From an uncultured delta proteobacterium (GTDB taxonomy: Bacteria; Myxococcota; UBA727; VGSZ01), in the NCBI GenBank assembly GCA_963775425.1, contig CAVZJB010000018.1, positions 96,001-160,000 on the forward strand: 64,000 nt of DNA, read 5' to 3'. The translations under genes and the position numbers were made by a program. The notes beneath the pieces were generated by a model. It was not told the DNA's origin. It ran no database searches and worked only from the letters and a program-made list of their open reading frames with translations. Below are positions 1 through 15,925 of the stretch, one piece after another (the first letter of the stretch is position 1; each line of letters starts with the position of its first letter).

Positions 1-886
1 AGACGTACCTGCGCTGCCACCACCCCGTGCTCGGGCCGCAGGAGCCGCAGGCGCGGCAGCTCGGCTTGTCGCCGCAACTGTCGCGCGACGCGTTCACCCT
101 CGAGCGGCTGTGGCCGGCGCTGTTCGACCCGCGCGAAGACGTGCGCCGCTTCGCCGCCTCGGTGGCGCGCCTCGAGCTGCGCCGCTGGGGCGCGCAGCGG
201 CGGCTCGCGGAGCTGTGCGAGAGCGATGACAGGCAGGTGCGCAACGTCGCGCTCGACGCCATGCTCAGGGCCGGCGACCCCGCCGCCGACCCCGACACCA
301 CGCTCACCCTCGACGAGCTCGACGCCGAGGTCATCTTCCCGCTCACCGAGTCGAGCAAGAAGAGCGTGCGCGAGACGGGGATGGAGCTCATCCGGCGGCA
401 CTACGCGCGCCTCGGCGGCGTCGACAGGCTCGCGTGGCTGATGCAGTCGGCGGAGCGGGACGTGCGCTCGTTCGCGGTGCGCCTGCTGTGGGAGAAGCAC
501 CGGCCGCGGTCGACGCCCAAGGGGTGGCAGCCGCGCGCGGGCGTGATCTTCGACGACGCCGGGCGCTTCGCCGACGGCGTCGCCATGCGCGGCTTCCTGC
601 GCCGCGTGCTGCTCGCGCTGCCGCCGGGGGCCTCGCCCGGCGGTGACGACGACAAGGTGCGCAAGCACGTGCCCGCGAGCGTGGCCAAGCGGCGGCTCGT
701 CGAGGTCGTGCGCGACATCGCGGTGGCCGACGCCGCGTTCGCCGCCGTCGTGACGCCCGTGCTGGCGGAGATGACCGGCTCCTTGGCCAAGGGCGAGTGG
801 CAGGCGTGCCTGGCCGCCGTGCGGGCCATCGAGAGCGCGCACAAGAGCGGCGGCGCGCTCGCCCTGCCGCGCTCCGGGGGGCAGGC

Positions 887-890
<4 letters not shown>
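1..890 (+). CDS. HEAT/ARM-repeat-like protein, 5' end outside window; retron-associated gene
   Basis: Frame is open from the window start (TYLRCHHPVLGPQ...); HEAT-like motifs DPREDVRRFA, DDRQVRNVAL, AERDVRSFAV; stop overlaps next GTG (GTGA 887-890). Confidence 0.75.
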
Positions 891-7945
<7,055 letters not shown>

Positions 7946-8027
7946 AGACGCGGCCCGCTGACGCCGTGCCGGGGGCAGGCACGTGGCCGCGCCGCGTCGT
8001 CACCGGCGTCACCGGAGGGGGCGCACG

Positions 8028-9848
8028 ATGATCGCCGTGGCGCACAGCCGGGCCGTGCAGGTCCGTTACGCGCGCGCGAGCGCCGTCGAGGCCGGCGGCG
8101 ACGGCGCCACGCTCGGGCTCGCGCTCGACACGGGCCGCGGCACCGTCGGCGTGCGCGGCGTCGTCAAGGACGCGGCCCTCGTGCGCGACGCGCTCGTCAC
8201 CCTCGCGGCCGTCCGCGACAGCGATCTCCGCTACAAGGGCAGGGACCGCGCCGCCTACCTCGCGTTCCTGATGAAGAAGGGCAAGAAGGCCAACGCCCAG
8301 ATCTGGCAGGCGCAAAAGGCGTTCCTCGAGGGGCAATTCGAGGCCCCCGCCGTCGACGCCGGCTTCCTCGACCCCGTCCTCACGGTCCACCCCGACGAGG
8401 TCAGCATCGAGGTCTTCAGCAAGGACGAGTCCGCCTACGCCCGCCTCGCCTTCGACAACGCGCTCTTCCTCGAGCGCGCCGCCGCCCACGGCACCGCCTG
8501 CGTCGACCTCTCCCCCGCCGTCGTCGGCCAGCTCGCGCGGCTCCCCGGCTACCGCCCGCTCGCCCTCGACGCGCAGACCGCCGCCGCCGGCCGCCCCCAC
8601 GAGCGCGCCTGGGACCTCTCGCTGCCCTGGCTGCGCGGCTTTCTGCAGGTGCAGTCGGCCGCCGTCTTGCCCGCGGCCACCGCGGTCCTCGAGCCCGTCG
8701 ACCTCTACAACATCCTGTACGCCCTCCGCATGCGCCGGGCGAAGGTCCCGCCGCGCGGCCTCCGCTTCGAGCTCATCCCGGGCGAGCGCCCGCGCGTCGT
8801 CGTCGAGCCCTGGGAGATCGTGCTCGAGGGCCACGGGCCGCGCGTCGAGGCCCGGGAGGCGCGCATCGTGCGCATGTACGGCCGCCGACGCCTGATGCTG
8901 CTGCAGCGCGTGCTGCCCTACGCCCGCAAGCTCGACGTCCACCTCGTCGGCGCCGGCCTGCCCTCGTTCTTCTGCCTCGACCTCGGGCTCGCCTCCCTGA
9001 CGCTCGCCTTGTCGGGGTGGACGGAGTCGTCGTGGTCGAGCGCGGCCGCGTTCGACGCCCTCATGCCGTCGTCGTCGCAGGCGCACGCGCTCGCCGACCG
9101 CGTCCACGGGGTGCTCGCCGCGCGGGGCCCCACGCCGTTTTCCGCGCTCGTCGACGAGACCGGCGCCGCCCCCGAGGACCTCCGCGCGGCCACGCAGCTC
9201 TTGTCGTTGCGCGGGCGCGCGCTCTTTGACGTGGCCCGGCAGGTCTACCGGCCGCGCGACCTCTTCGTGAGCCCGCTCGACGACGCGGCGCTGCGCTACG
9301 GCAGCGCGCGCGAGGCGCAGGCGCACCGGCTGTTGTCCCAGGGCGACGCCGGCGTGCGCCTGAGCAAGGTCCACGAGCGCCCCGACGGCGTCGAGATCTC
9401 CGGGGAGGTCGCGGACGCGGAGAGCCGGCGCACGCTCCTGCCGCGATTTGTCATGGACGCCGAGGGCCGGGTGCGCGAGGCCGCCTGCACCTGCCCCGCG
9501 GTCAGGCGCGCGGGTATGCGCGAGGGCCCCTGCGAGCACATGATCGCCCTGCGCCTCGCCTACGGCAGGAAGCGCGCCGCCGACGCCGCCTTGCGCGACA
9601 CGCCCGAGGGGCGGCGGCTCATCCGCGCCGAGACCCGCACCTATCTGCGGCGGGACGAGGCGGGCCGGGCCGTCACCTGGCGGGTCTCCCTCGACGACAA
9701 GGTCGTCGCGGTGCAGTGGCAGGAGCACGCCGGCGCGCCGCGGTCACAGCGCTTGTGGTTCGATACAGATCAGGCCGCTCGCGATGCATATTTCGATAGA
9801 CTCAACGCGCTGGAAGCGCAAGGTTTTGTGAACTCCGATTCAGTCTGA
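8028..9848 (+). CDS. SWIM zinc-finger protein with C-terminal WGR-like domain; retron type XIII accessory protein
   Basis: GGAGGG RBS before ATG 8028; SWIM motif CTCP...GPCEH; C-terminal VTWRVSLDDKVVAVQW...QRLWFDTDQAARDAYF...AQGF resembles a WGR domain. Confidence 0.85.
   Translation: MIAVAHSRAVQVRYARASAVEAGGDGATLGLALDTGRGTVGVRGVVKDAALVRDALVTLAAVRDSDLRYKGRDRAAYLAFLMKKGKKANAQIWQAQKAFLEGQFEAPAVDAGFLDPVLTVHPDEVSIEVFSKDESAYARLAFDNALFLERAAAHGTACVDLSPAVVGQLARLPGYRPLALDAQTAAAGRPHERAWDLSLPWLRGFLQVQSAAVLPAATAVLEPVDLYNILYALRMRRAKVPPRGLRFELIPGERPRVVVEPWEIVLEGHGPRVEAREARIVRMYGRRRLMLLQRVLPYARKLDVHLVGAGLPSFFCLDLGLASLTLALSGWTESSWSSAAAFDALMPSSSQAHALADRVHGVLAARGPTPFSALVDETGAAPEDLRAATQLLSLRGRALFDVARQVYRPRDLFVSPLDDAALRYGSAREAQAHRLLSQGDAGVRLSKVHERPDGVEISGEVADAESRRTLLPRFVMDAEGRVREAACTCPAVRRAGMREGPCEHMIALRLAYGRKRAADAALRDTPEGRRLIRAETRTYLRRDEAGRAVTWRVSLDDKVVAVQWQEHAGAPRSQRLWFDTDQAARDAYFDRLNALEAQGFVNSDSV
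9797..9825 (+). promoter_or_regulatory. Candidate sigma-A-type promoter TAGACT-N17-AAGGTT inside the 3' end of the SWIM/WGR gene
   Basis: The last ~90 bp of the gene are unusually AT-rich; hexamers resemble the M. xanthus vegA promoter (TAGACA/AAGGGT, from memory) with a 17-nt spacer. Confidence 0.4.
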
Positions 9849-9964
9849 AGGGAGCGTCCGGTAGATGGTGGAAGAGCACGGCACCCCATGGATTGACGTC
9901 GTCGCGCAAGCGGCGCGCGTCGATCCTTGTGCGTTTCCACCCGGCAGCCATCGACTCCGTTCAG
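9845..9964 (+). ncRNA. Putative rod-shaped structured RNA/leader upstream of msr
   Basis: Nested pairings 9845-9854/9955-9964, GGTGGAA 9867-9873/TTCCACC 9935-9941, GCAC 9876-9879/GTGC 9929-9932, GGATTGACG 9890-9898/CGTCGATCC 9918-9926, CGTCGC-GCAA-GCGGCG apex (GNRA loop 9906-9909). Confidence 0.6.
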
Positions 9965-10010
9965 GCGCCGGGAAGGGGACTGTTCAAGTCCCCTTCCCGG
10001 TGTTTTTCTT
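9965..10010 (+). terminator. Intrinsic terminator
   Basis: Perfect 14-bp stem CCGGGAAGGGGACT (9968-9981)/AGTCCCCTTCCCGG (9987-10000), 5-nt loop, G-U extension, followed by TTTTTCTT. Confidence 0.8.
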
Positions 10011-10016
10011 GGATTC

Positions 10017-10284
10017 TGCTGGAGAGGGGATCGGTCGGATCAGCCTCCGTGCCTCGAGCACAGGAGCGGCGTTGCGCCGCTCTGGAGGATTCGCCCGACA
10101 TTCGCCGCAGGGTCGCTTGGTCTTGGCCCGCTTCGGGGGAGCTGCCCATCGGCAGTGCCCTGAGCGGAGCCAACGACGCGAACCGCCGTTTCAGGGCACT
10201 GCCGATGGGCAGCTCCCCCGGCGGGCCGGTGAAGCGACCAATGCCCCATGGAAGAAGGTGGCCCCTCCGGTCCCCTCTCCAGCA
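10017..10284 (+). ncRNA. msr-msd: Retron msr-msd non-coding RNA (Mx162/Sa163-like)
   Basis: a1/a2 inverted repeats TGCTGGAGAGGGGATCGG (10017-10034)/CCGGTCCCCTCTCCAGCA (10267-10284); msr hairpins GTGC-CTCGA-GCAC and GAGCGGCG-TTG-CGCCGCTC; msd perfect 30-bp stem 10134-10163/10191-10220; directly upstream of a retron RT. Confidence 0.93.
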
Positions 10285-10330
10285 CCTTTTGGACCGCGGC
10301 CGCTCCCTGCGGTCGCCACGCGGGCCGCCC

Positions 10331-11674
10331 GTGTCTGAGCTCGAGCGCTTCGTCTCCGCCGACGCGCCCGTGCTCCTCCCCGAGGAGCCGCCGCCGTCGC
10401 GCCGCGAGCGGCCGCGCCCCGACAGCGACGTGGAGGAGCGGGTGCGGCGCTGGCAGCAGATCGAGGCCGCCGGCGGCGTCGAGGCGTGGATCGAGGTGGA
10501 GCTCAAGAAGAAGGGCTTCGTCGACGAGACGCAAAAGGAGCGCAAGAAGGCTGAGGCCGTCGAGCGCCGCGCGCTCAAGAAGCTCGCGTGGCGCGCCTAC
10601 ACGGCCACGCACATCAACCACGTCGGCGCCGTGCACTGGTCCGACCACGTCGACGCCGACCGCTTCGACGTCGAGGAGCGCGAGGCCCGCGCGCAGTCGC
10701 TCGGCATCCCCGCCATCGAGACGCCGCAGGCGCTGGCGGCGCTCCTCGGCCTCACCATCCCGCAGCTGCGCTGGTTGTGTACGCACAGGGACGTCGACGA
10801 CGGCAGCCACTACCGCCGCTTCACCATCGACAAGCGCGACGGCAGCCCCCGCACCATCGCTGCGCCCCTGCCGATGCTCAAGGACGCCCAGCGCTGGGTG
10901 CTGCAAAACATCGTCGACAAGCTCGAGGTGCACGCCGCCGCCCACGGCTTCCTCGCCGGCCGCAGCATCGTCACCAACGCGCGGGCGCACGCCGGCGCCG
11001 ACGTCATCGTGAAGATCGACGTCCGCGATTTCTTCCCCACGCTCGACTACCGGCGGGTGAAGGGGCTGTTGCGCAAGGCCGGCCTCGTCGAGCAGACGGC
11101 CACGCTGTGCGCGCTTTTGGCCACCGAGGCGCCGCGCGACGTCGTCAGGTTCCGCGGCAAGACGCTGTACGTCGCCACCGGGCGACGGGCGCTGCCGCAG
11201 GGCGCGCCGACCTCGCCGATGATCACGAACGCCGTGTGCCTGCGGCTCGACAAGCGCCTGAGCGGCCTCGCCCGCAAGCTCGGGGTCGTCTACACGCGCT
11301 ACGCCGACGACCTGACCTTCTCGTATCGGGGCGATCCGCGGAAGGCGCCCACGGGCATCCTCGTGGCGAGCGCGCGCAAGATCCTGGCCGAGGAGGGCTT
11401 CACCCTCCACGACAAAAAGACCGCGGTGTTGAAGAAGGGCATGCGGCAGAAGGTCACCGGCCTCGTCGTCAACGAGGCCCCCGGCCGCCCGCCCGCGCGG
11501 GTGCCGCGCGCGGTGCGCCGCCGCCTGCGGGCCGCCATCCACAACCGCAAGCAGGGCAAGCCCGGGAAGCCCGGCGAGAGCCTCGCGGCCCTCCAGGGGA
11601 TGGCGGCCTTCGTGTACATGACGGACCCGGTCGCGGGGCGCCGCTTGCTCGACGACGTCCGCGCCCTCTCCTAG
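10331..11674 (+). CDS. ret: Retron-type reverse transcriptase (~447 aa)
   Basis: YADD catalytic motif, retron region X NARAH, region Y VTGLVVN, LPQGAPTSP; N-terminal extension (WQQIEAAGGVEAWI) like myxobacterial retron RTs; GTG start 46 bp after a1. Confidence 0.95.
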   Translation: MSELERFVSADAPVLLPEEPPPSRRERPRPDSDVEERVRRWQQIEAAGGVEAWIEVELKKKGFVDETQKERKKAEAVERRALKKLAWRAYTATHINHVGAVHWSDHVDADRFDVEEREARAQSLGIPAIETPQALAALLGLTIPQLRWLCTHRDVDDGSHYRRFTIDKRDGSPRTIAAPLPMLKDAQRWVLQNIVDKLEVHAAAHGFLAGRSIVTNARAHAGADVIVKIDVRDFFPTLDYRRVKGLLRKAGLVEQTATLCALLATEAPRDVVRFRGKTLYVATGRRALPQGAPTSPMITNAVCLRLDKRLSGLARKLGVVYTRYADDLTFSYRGDPRKAPTGILVASARKILAEEGFTLHDKKTAVLKKGMRQKVTGLVVNEAPGRPPARVPRAVRRRLRAAIHNRKQGKPGKPGESLAALQGMAAFVYMTDPVAGRRLLDDVRALS

Positions 11675-11685
11675 ACTGCCTCGCA

Positions 11686-12894
11686 ATGCGACTCGGTCCC
11701 CTCGTTTTCATGACCTATGGGGCCGTCGCCTCGGTCGCGGCGGCTCCCGCGCTCGGCTTCGACGGCGCGTTCAAAACCATCCCCGGCGGCGACTGGGACG
11801 TCTCGAAGGGGCCCATCCCCTTCGTGCTCGAGCCCAACGGCTCCGCCGACATCGACGACGGCTCCGATCTGCAGGCGGTGCGCGACGCCTTTCGGGCCTG
11901 GCAGTGCATCGACGGCGTGAGCCTCCGCTTCGAGGAGCAGGACGGCCCCGGCCCGGCCGACGCCAACCTCGAGGACGGCCAGAACAGCATCTTCTGGGAC
12001 GAGACCGGCGAATTCGGCCTCGGGCCGGGCACCCTTGGCGTCACCCTCGGCGACGCCACCCCCGGCCAGAAGCGCAACGCCGCCGACATCATCTTCAACG
12101 GCTTCGACTCCTCCTGGTCCACCGACGACAGGCCCAGCGCCGTCGACGTCGGCAGCATCGCGCTCCACGAGAGCGGCCACTTCCTCGGCCTCGATCACCC
12201 CTGCGACGGCAACGCCCCCAACGAGACCAACTGCAACGGCGCCGACCGCTCCATCATGACCCCGGTGTGGAGCGGCGCGGTGCAGCGCTTCCCCTTGCCC
12301 GACGACGAGGCGGGCGTGCGCTCGCTCTACCCCGCCGAGGCCGGCGACACGTCCACGTGCGACGGCCCCTTCCGCAAAGGCGAGAAGTGCTCGTGCGACG
12401 GCGACTGCGTGAAGGGCCTCGTGTGCGCCGCCGTCGACGGCGAGGACAAGAAGGTCTGCGCGGGCACCTGCGCGTCCGACGCCGCCGACTGCGGCCCCGG
12501 CTTCGTGTGCGCGCTCGCCGCGCCCGAGGGAGACGAGGCCGCGCCCGGCGTCTGCGTCAAGGACAACGAGGACGGCACCAAGCCCGCCGGCGCCATCTGC
12601 TCGCGCGGCCCCGAGTGCGCGTCGGGGACGTGCACGCTCATCTTCGAGCTCGCCCGCGACGTCTGCCAGGTGCCCTGCGGCGACAACGGCGACTGCGGCG
12701 GCGGCTCCTGCTTCAAGGGCTTCTGCCTCGGCGCCGCGTCGCACGAGGCGTGCGCGGAGCCGCCGGGTCCGCAGGGGTGCGGCTGCGCGTCGTCGTCGTC
12801 CCCCCTGGACGCCGGGCTCGCCGGCGCGGCCGCGGCGCTGCTCGCGGGCGTCGTCCGACGGCGGCGTGGGCACCGGCCCAGGGGAGCTCGATGA
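11686..12894 (+). CDS. Matrixin-like zinc metalloprotease with Cys-rich repeats and MYXO-CTERM-like anchor
   Basis: Signal peptide; HESGHFLGLDH metzincin motif; SIM Met-turn; C-terminal GCGC + hydrophobic helix + RRRR. Confidence 0.85.
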   Translation: MRLGPLVFMTYGAVASVAAAPALGFDGAFKTIPGGDWDVSKGPIPFVLEPNGSADIDDGSDLQAVRDAFRAWQCIDGVSLRFEEQDGPGPADANLEDGQNSIFWDETGEFGLGPGTLGVTLGDATPGQKRNAADIIFNGFDSSWSTDDRPSAVDVGSIALHESGHFLGLDHPCDGNAPNETNCNGADRSIMTPVWSGAVQRFPLPDDEAGVRSLYPAEAGDTSTCDGPFRKGEKCSCDGDCVKGLVCAAVDGEDKKVCAGTCASDAADCGPGFVCALAAPEGDEAAPGVCVKDNEDGTKPAGAICSRGPECASGTCTLIFELARDVCQVPCGDNGDCGGGSCFKGFCLGAASHEACAEPPGPQGCGCASSSSPLDAGLAGAAAALLAGVVRRRRGHRPRGAR

Positions 12895-14849
12895 CGGAGA
12901 CGCTCGCCGGCGGCCGCTACACCATCGTCCGCCGCATCGCCCAGGGCGGCATGGGCGACGTGCTGTTGGCGGAGTTCCCCGGCGACACCGCGCTCGGCGT
13001 CAGCCCGGGCCTCGTCGTCATCAAGCGGGTCCTCACCGATCACCCGAACCACGACCACCAGGCGGCCATGCTGCGCGAAGAGGGCCGCGTGGCCCTGCGC
13101 CTGCTGCACGACAACCTCGTGGAGACGTTCTTCGTCGACGACGACGACGGCGACCCGCTCCTGGTCATGGAGTTCCTCTCGGGCCGGGCCGCGTCGCATG
13201 TGCTCGGCAAGGCCAAGAAGCGCAAGGAGCTCGTGCCCGTCGAGGTGGCCCTGTCGCTGTTGCGCGCGGCGGCCTGCGGGCTCCACTTCGCGCACACGCT
13301 CACGGACCGGGGGCGCCCGCTCGGGCTCATCCACCGGGACGTGAGCCCCGCCAACCTGTTCGTCACCTTCGACGGCCGCGTGAAGGTCATCGACTTCGGC
13401 GTGGCCAAGGCCGACGACAGCGAGATCCGCACGAGCACCGGCATCTTGAAGGGCAAGCTCGGCTATATGTCCCCCGAGCACGCCCTCGGCGAGAAGCTCA
13501 CCCCCGCCGCCGACATGTGGTCGCTCGGCGTGCTCTTCTGGGAGACGCTCTGCGCCGAGCGGCTGTTCTCGCACGCGGCGCCGTCGGCGACGCTGGCCGC
13601 GATCTCCGACCGGCCCATCCCGCTGCCGAGCGTGCACCGGCCCGACCTCCCGCCGCACATCATCGAGCTCACCATGCGCCTGCTCGAGCGCCGCCTCGAC
13701 AAGCGCATCGGCGGCGGCGCCGCCCTCGTCGCCGCCATCGACGCGCTCCCCGAAGCCACCGGCCTCGCCCGCGTCGACCTCGGCTCGTGGCTGTCGGGGC
13801 GCTTCCCCGACGAGGCGGCGCAGGGACAGCTCGAGGCGTCCCGCTGCGCGCGCATGCGGCGGCGCACGCCGGTGCCCATCGGGCTGGTCGAAGGCACCGC
13901 CTCCCCCGCCCCCGTCGACGATGACGCGCCCACGGTGGTCATCGCGTCGGCGGCGTCGCTCATCCCCAAGGACATGCTCGAGGGCGAGGACGAGCTCGCC
14001 ACGTTGCGCCTCAGCCTCGACGAGCTGAGCGGCCCCGGCGCGGAGGCCCTCACCAAGAAGCTGCGCGGCGGCACCGGCGGCGGCAGCCTGCTCGCCGACG
14101 TCGACTCCCAAAGCGGCCCCTCGCCCCCCTCGCCCGCCGGAGACGACGTCGACGTCGACGTCGACGAGGGCGAGGACGTCGATCTGCGCACCGCCCAGCT
14201 CCCCGACGCCCAGGCCGCCGAGGCCCCGCGCGCCCCGCTTGTCTCGACGTCGGCGCGCACGCGCTCCCCGTCGGGGCTGTCGACGACCCTGCGCGCGCTC
14301 GACCGTGGCTCGTCGTGGGTGGCGGTGGCGTTTTTGACCTTCGGTGCGCTCGCGGTGGCGATGGGCGTGGCCTTTTCGTTCCTCGCGCCGCACCCGTCGG
14401 TGCGGGCGCTGGTGGCCTACGACGCCGCGGGGGGCGCCGACGAGATCGTGGTGGCGCTGCGCGACGCGCCGCCGGAGGGCGGCCGCACCATCGACGTCGC
14501 GGACCCGCACATCAAGATCGGCGGCGCGCTCAAGAGGCTCGACCCGGCGTCCTTCGACGAGCAGCTCGAGGCGTCGGGGGTGAAGGCGCGCGCGACGTTG
14601 CCGCAGACGGGGCGCGGGATCCTGGCGGTGCTCTTGCCGGTGTTGATCGCGGGCCTCGGCGTCCTCGCGCTGGCGGGCGCGCTGCCGGCGTTGGCGGTGG
14701 GCGCGGGGCGGCTGCGGGTGCTCTCGCAGGTCTTGCTCGTCGCGGTCTGCGCGCTGGCGTTGGCGGGGGTGGTGAAGCGCGGCGCGCTGTCGTGGCCCGG
14801 CCTCGACACCATCGAGACGCCGGCGCAGCTCCAGCCGCGGGCGCCGTGA
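12891..14849 (+). CDS. Hanks-type Ser/Thr protein kinase with C-terminal membrane segments
   Basis: IAQGGMGDV, VIKR, HRDVSPAN, IDFG, YMSPE motifs; ATGA overlap with upstream gene. Confidence 0.9.
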   Translation: MTETLAGGRYTIVRRIAQGGMGDVLLAEFPGDTALGVSPGLVVIKRVLTDHPNHDHQAAMLREEGRVALRLLHDNLVETFFVDDDDGDPLLVMEFLSGRAASHVLGKAKKRKELVPVEVALSLLRAAACGLHFAHTLTDRGRPLGLIHRDVSPANLFVTFDGRVKVIDFGVAKADDSEIRTSTGILKGKLGYMSPEHALGEKLTPAADMWSLGVLFWETLCAERLFSHAAPSATLAAISDRPIPLPSVHRPDLPPHIIELTMRLLERRLDKRIGGGAALVAAIDALPEATGLARVDLGSWLSGRFPDEAAQGQLEASRCARMRRRTPVPIGLVEGTASPAPVDDDAPTVVIASAASLIPKDMLEGEDELATLRLSLDELSGPGAEALTKKLRGGTGGGSLLADVDSQSGPSPPSPAGDDVDVDVDEGEDVDLRTAQLPDAQAAEAPRAPLVSTSARTRSPSGLSTTLRALDRGSSWVAVAFLTFGALAVAMGVAFSFLAPHPSVRALVAYDAAGGADEIVVALRDAPPEGGRTIDVADPHIKIGGALKRLDPASFDEQLEASGVKARATLPQTGRGILAVLLPVLIAGLGVLALAGALPALAVGAGRLRVLSQVLLVAVCALALAGVVKRGALSWPGLDTIETPAQLQPRAP

Positions 14850-14873
14850 CCCTGTTGCCGACGGCTCCGGAGC

Positions 14874-15038
14874 TCAGCGGCGCCGGTCGCGCCAGACCTG
14901 GTAGACGCCGTAGGCGGCGATGAGGGCGCCACCGCCGACGAGCGCCTCCGTCGAATGCGTGAACATGAGGACGTGCCCGGAGAGGCCCATGGCTACGCCG
15001 AAGACGCCCACGCCGATGTTGATGAGGCCGCTCGTCAT
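14874..15038 (-). CDS. 54-aa two-helix membrane protein (not in the ORF track)
   Basis: Hand translation MTSGLINIGVGVFGVAMGLSGHVLMFTHSTEALVGGGALIAAYGVYQVWRDRRR*; GC3-biased codons; basic C-terminus. Confidence 0.65.
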   Translation of the reverse strand: MTSGLINIGVGVFGVAMGLSGHVLMFTHSTEALVGGGALIAAYGVYQVWRDRRR

Positions 15039-15105
15039 GCAAGCACGATAGCAAAGGGCCGCGGCGCCGGCACGGGCTCCGCGGCCGCTCGCGGGGACGT
15101 CGACG

Positions 15106-15834
15106 TCAGCCGGCCTTGATGTGGCGGATGGCGTTCTTCGCGAGGTCGTCCATCGAGTTCAGGATGTTCGACATGGCCTGCTGCATCTGGCTGAGCTTCT
15201 GCATGTCGTACTTGATCTTCTCGAACTCGATGTTGCGGCTCTCCGCGCCGGTGTCCTGGCCGCCCTGGCCGCCCTGGCCGCCCTGCGCCGCCGCGGCCTG
15301 CGCCTGCTGCTGGAGCTTCTCGAGGCGCTGCTCGATCTGCTTTTGGAAGTCCTCGACGACCTTCACCATGATCGCGAAGACCTTGTCCTCGAAGAAGCCG
15401 CCGCCGCCGCCGAGCTGCGCGAGCTGGCCGAGCTGCGCGTCGGCGCCGCCGTCGGCGCCGATGGCGCCGATGCGCGAGGGCGTGCCGATGGTGTTCGCGG
15501 CGAGGGGGTTGAACGCCTGCGCGCTCTGGTTGGCGGCGAGGGTGCCCTGCATCCCGCTGTTGCCGAGGCCGAAGCGCTGCGCGAGCGCGCCGAGCTGCCC
15601 CTGGTCCGTGCTCGCCTTGCGCGCGGTCTGCATCATGAGCTGCTGCAGCTTCGCCTGGTTCGCCGGGTTGTTCTGCAGCGCGCGCTGCATCTGGCCGCTG
15701 TTGATGTACTTGAGGAAGTCGTCGGCGCTGACCTGGCCGTGCTCTTCCTGCTTCTGGAGATCCTCGAGGGCCTGCAGCCCGGCGGGGTCGAGCTGTTTGC
15801 CGAGCTTTTGGGGGACGATTCCTGTGATGGCCAT
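15106..15834 (-). CDS. Gln/Gly-rich helical protein with C-terminus resembling T3SS needle/filament/translocon subunits
   Basis: AGGAG RBS before MAITGIVPQ; C-terminal amphipathic helix MQKLSQMQQAMSNILNSMDDLAKNAIRHIKAG; no signal peptide. Confidence 0.6.
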   Translation of the reverse strand: MAITGIVPQKLGKQLDPAGLQALEDLQKQEEHGQVSADDFLKYINSGQMQRALQNNPANQAKLQQLMMQTARKASTDQGQLGALAQRFGLGNSGMQGTLAANQSAQAFNPLAANTIGTPSRIGAIGADGGADAQLGQLAQLGGGGGFFEDKVFAIMVKVVEDFQKQIEQRLEKLQQQAQAAAAQGGQGGQGGQDTGAESRNIEFEKIKYDMQKLSQMQQAMSNILNSMDDLAKNAIRHIKAG

Positions 15835-15910
15835 GGCGAGGCTCCTGCGGAGTTGAGTTACGGGTCGTGTATCGCCGCGCGGCCGGCGTGCGTTTCCGTG
15901 CGAAATCGGG

Positions 15911-15925
15911 GCATTGCCGTCGCCA
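15911..15925 (-). promoter_or_regulatory. Candidate sigma-54 -24/-12 promoter (TGGCGACGGCAATGC)
   Basis: GG-N10-GC spacing ~75 bp upstream of the ATG at 15834; inverted GATGACGGAC/GTCCGTCATC (15976-15985/16045-16054) upstream could be activator sites. Confidence 0.35.

Noticed and set aside
9845-10010. Upstream rod RNA as SRP (4.5S), 6S or tRNA
   Set aside because: No SRP CAGG...GGAA...AGCAG motif, shorter than a typical 6S with no clear large central bubble, no cloverleaf; an Rfam scan is still needed
9893-10330. 146-aa N-terminal extension of the RT in the ORF track
   Set aside because: It runs through the terminator and msr-msd; RT-like sequence starts at GTG 10331
10331-11674. RT as group II intron, DGR or CRISPR-associated RT
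   Set aside because: Retron NAxxH and VTG motifs with adjacent msr-msd; no intron domain V, TR/VR pair or cas genes seen
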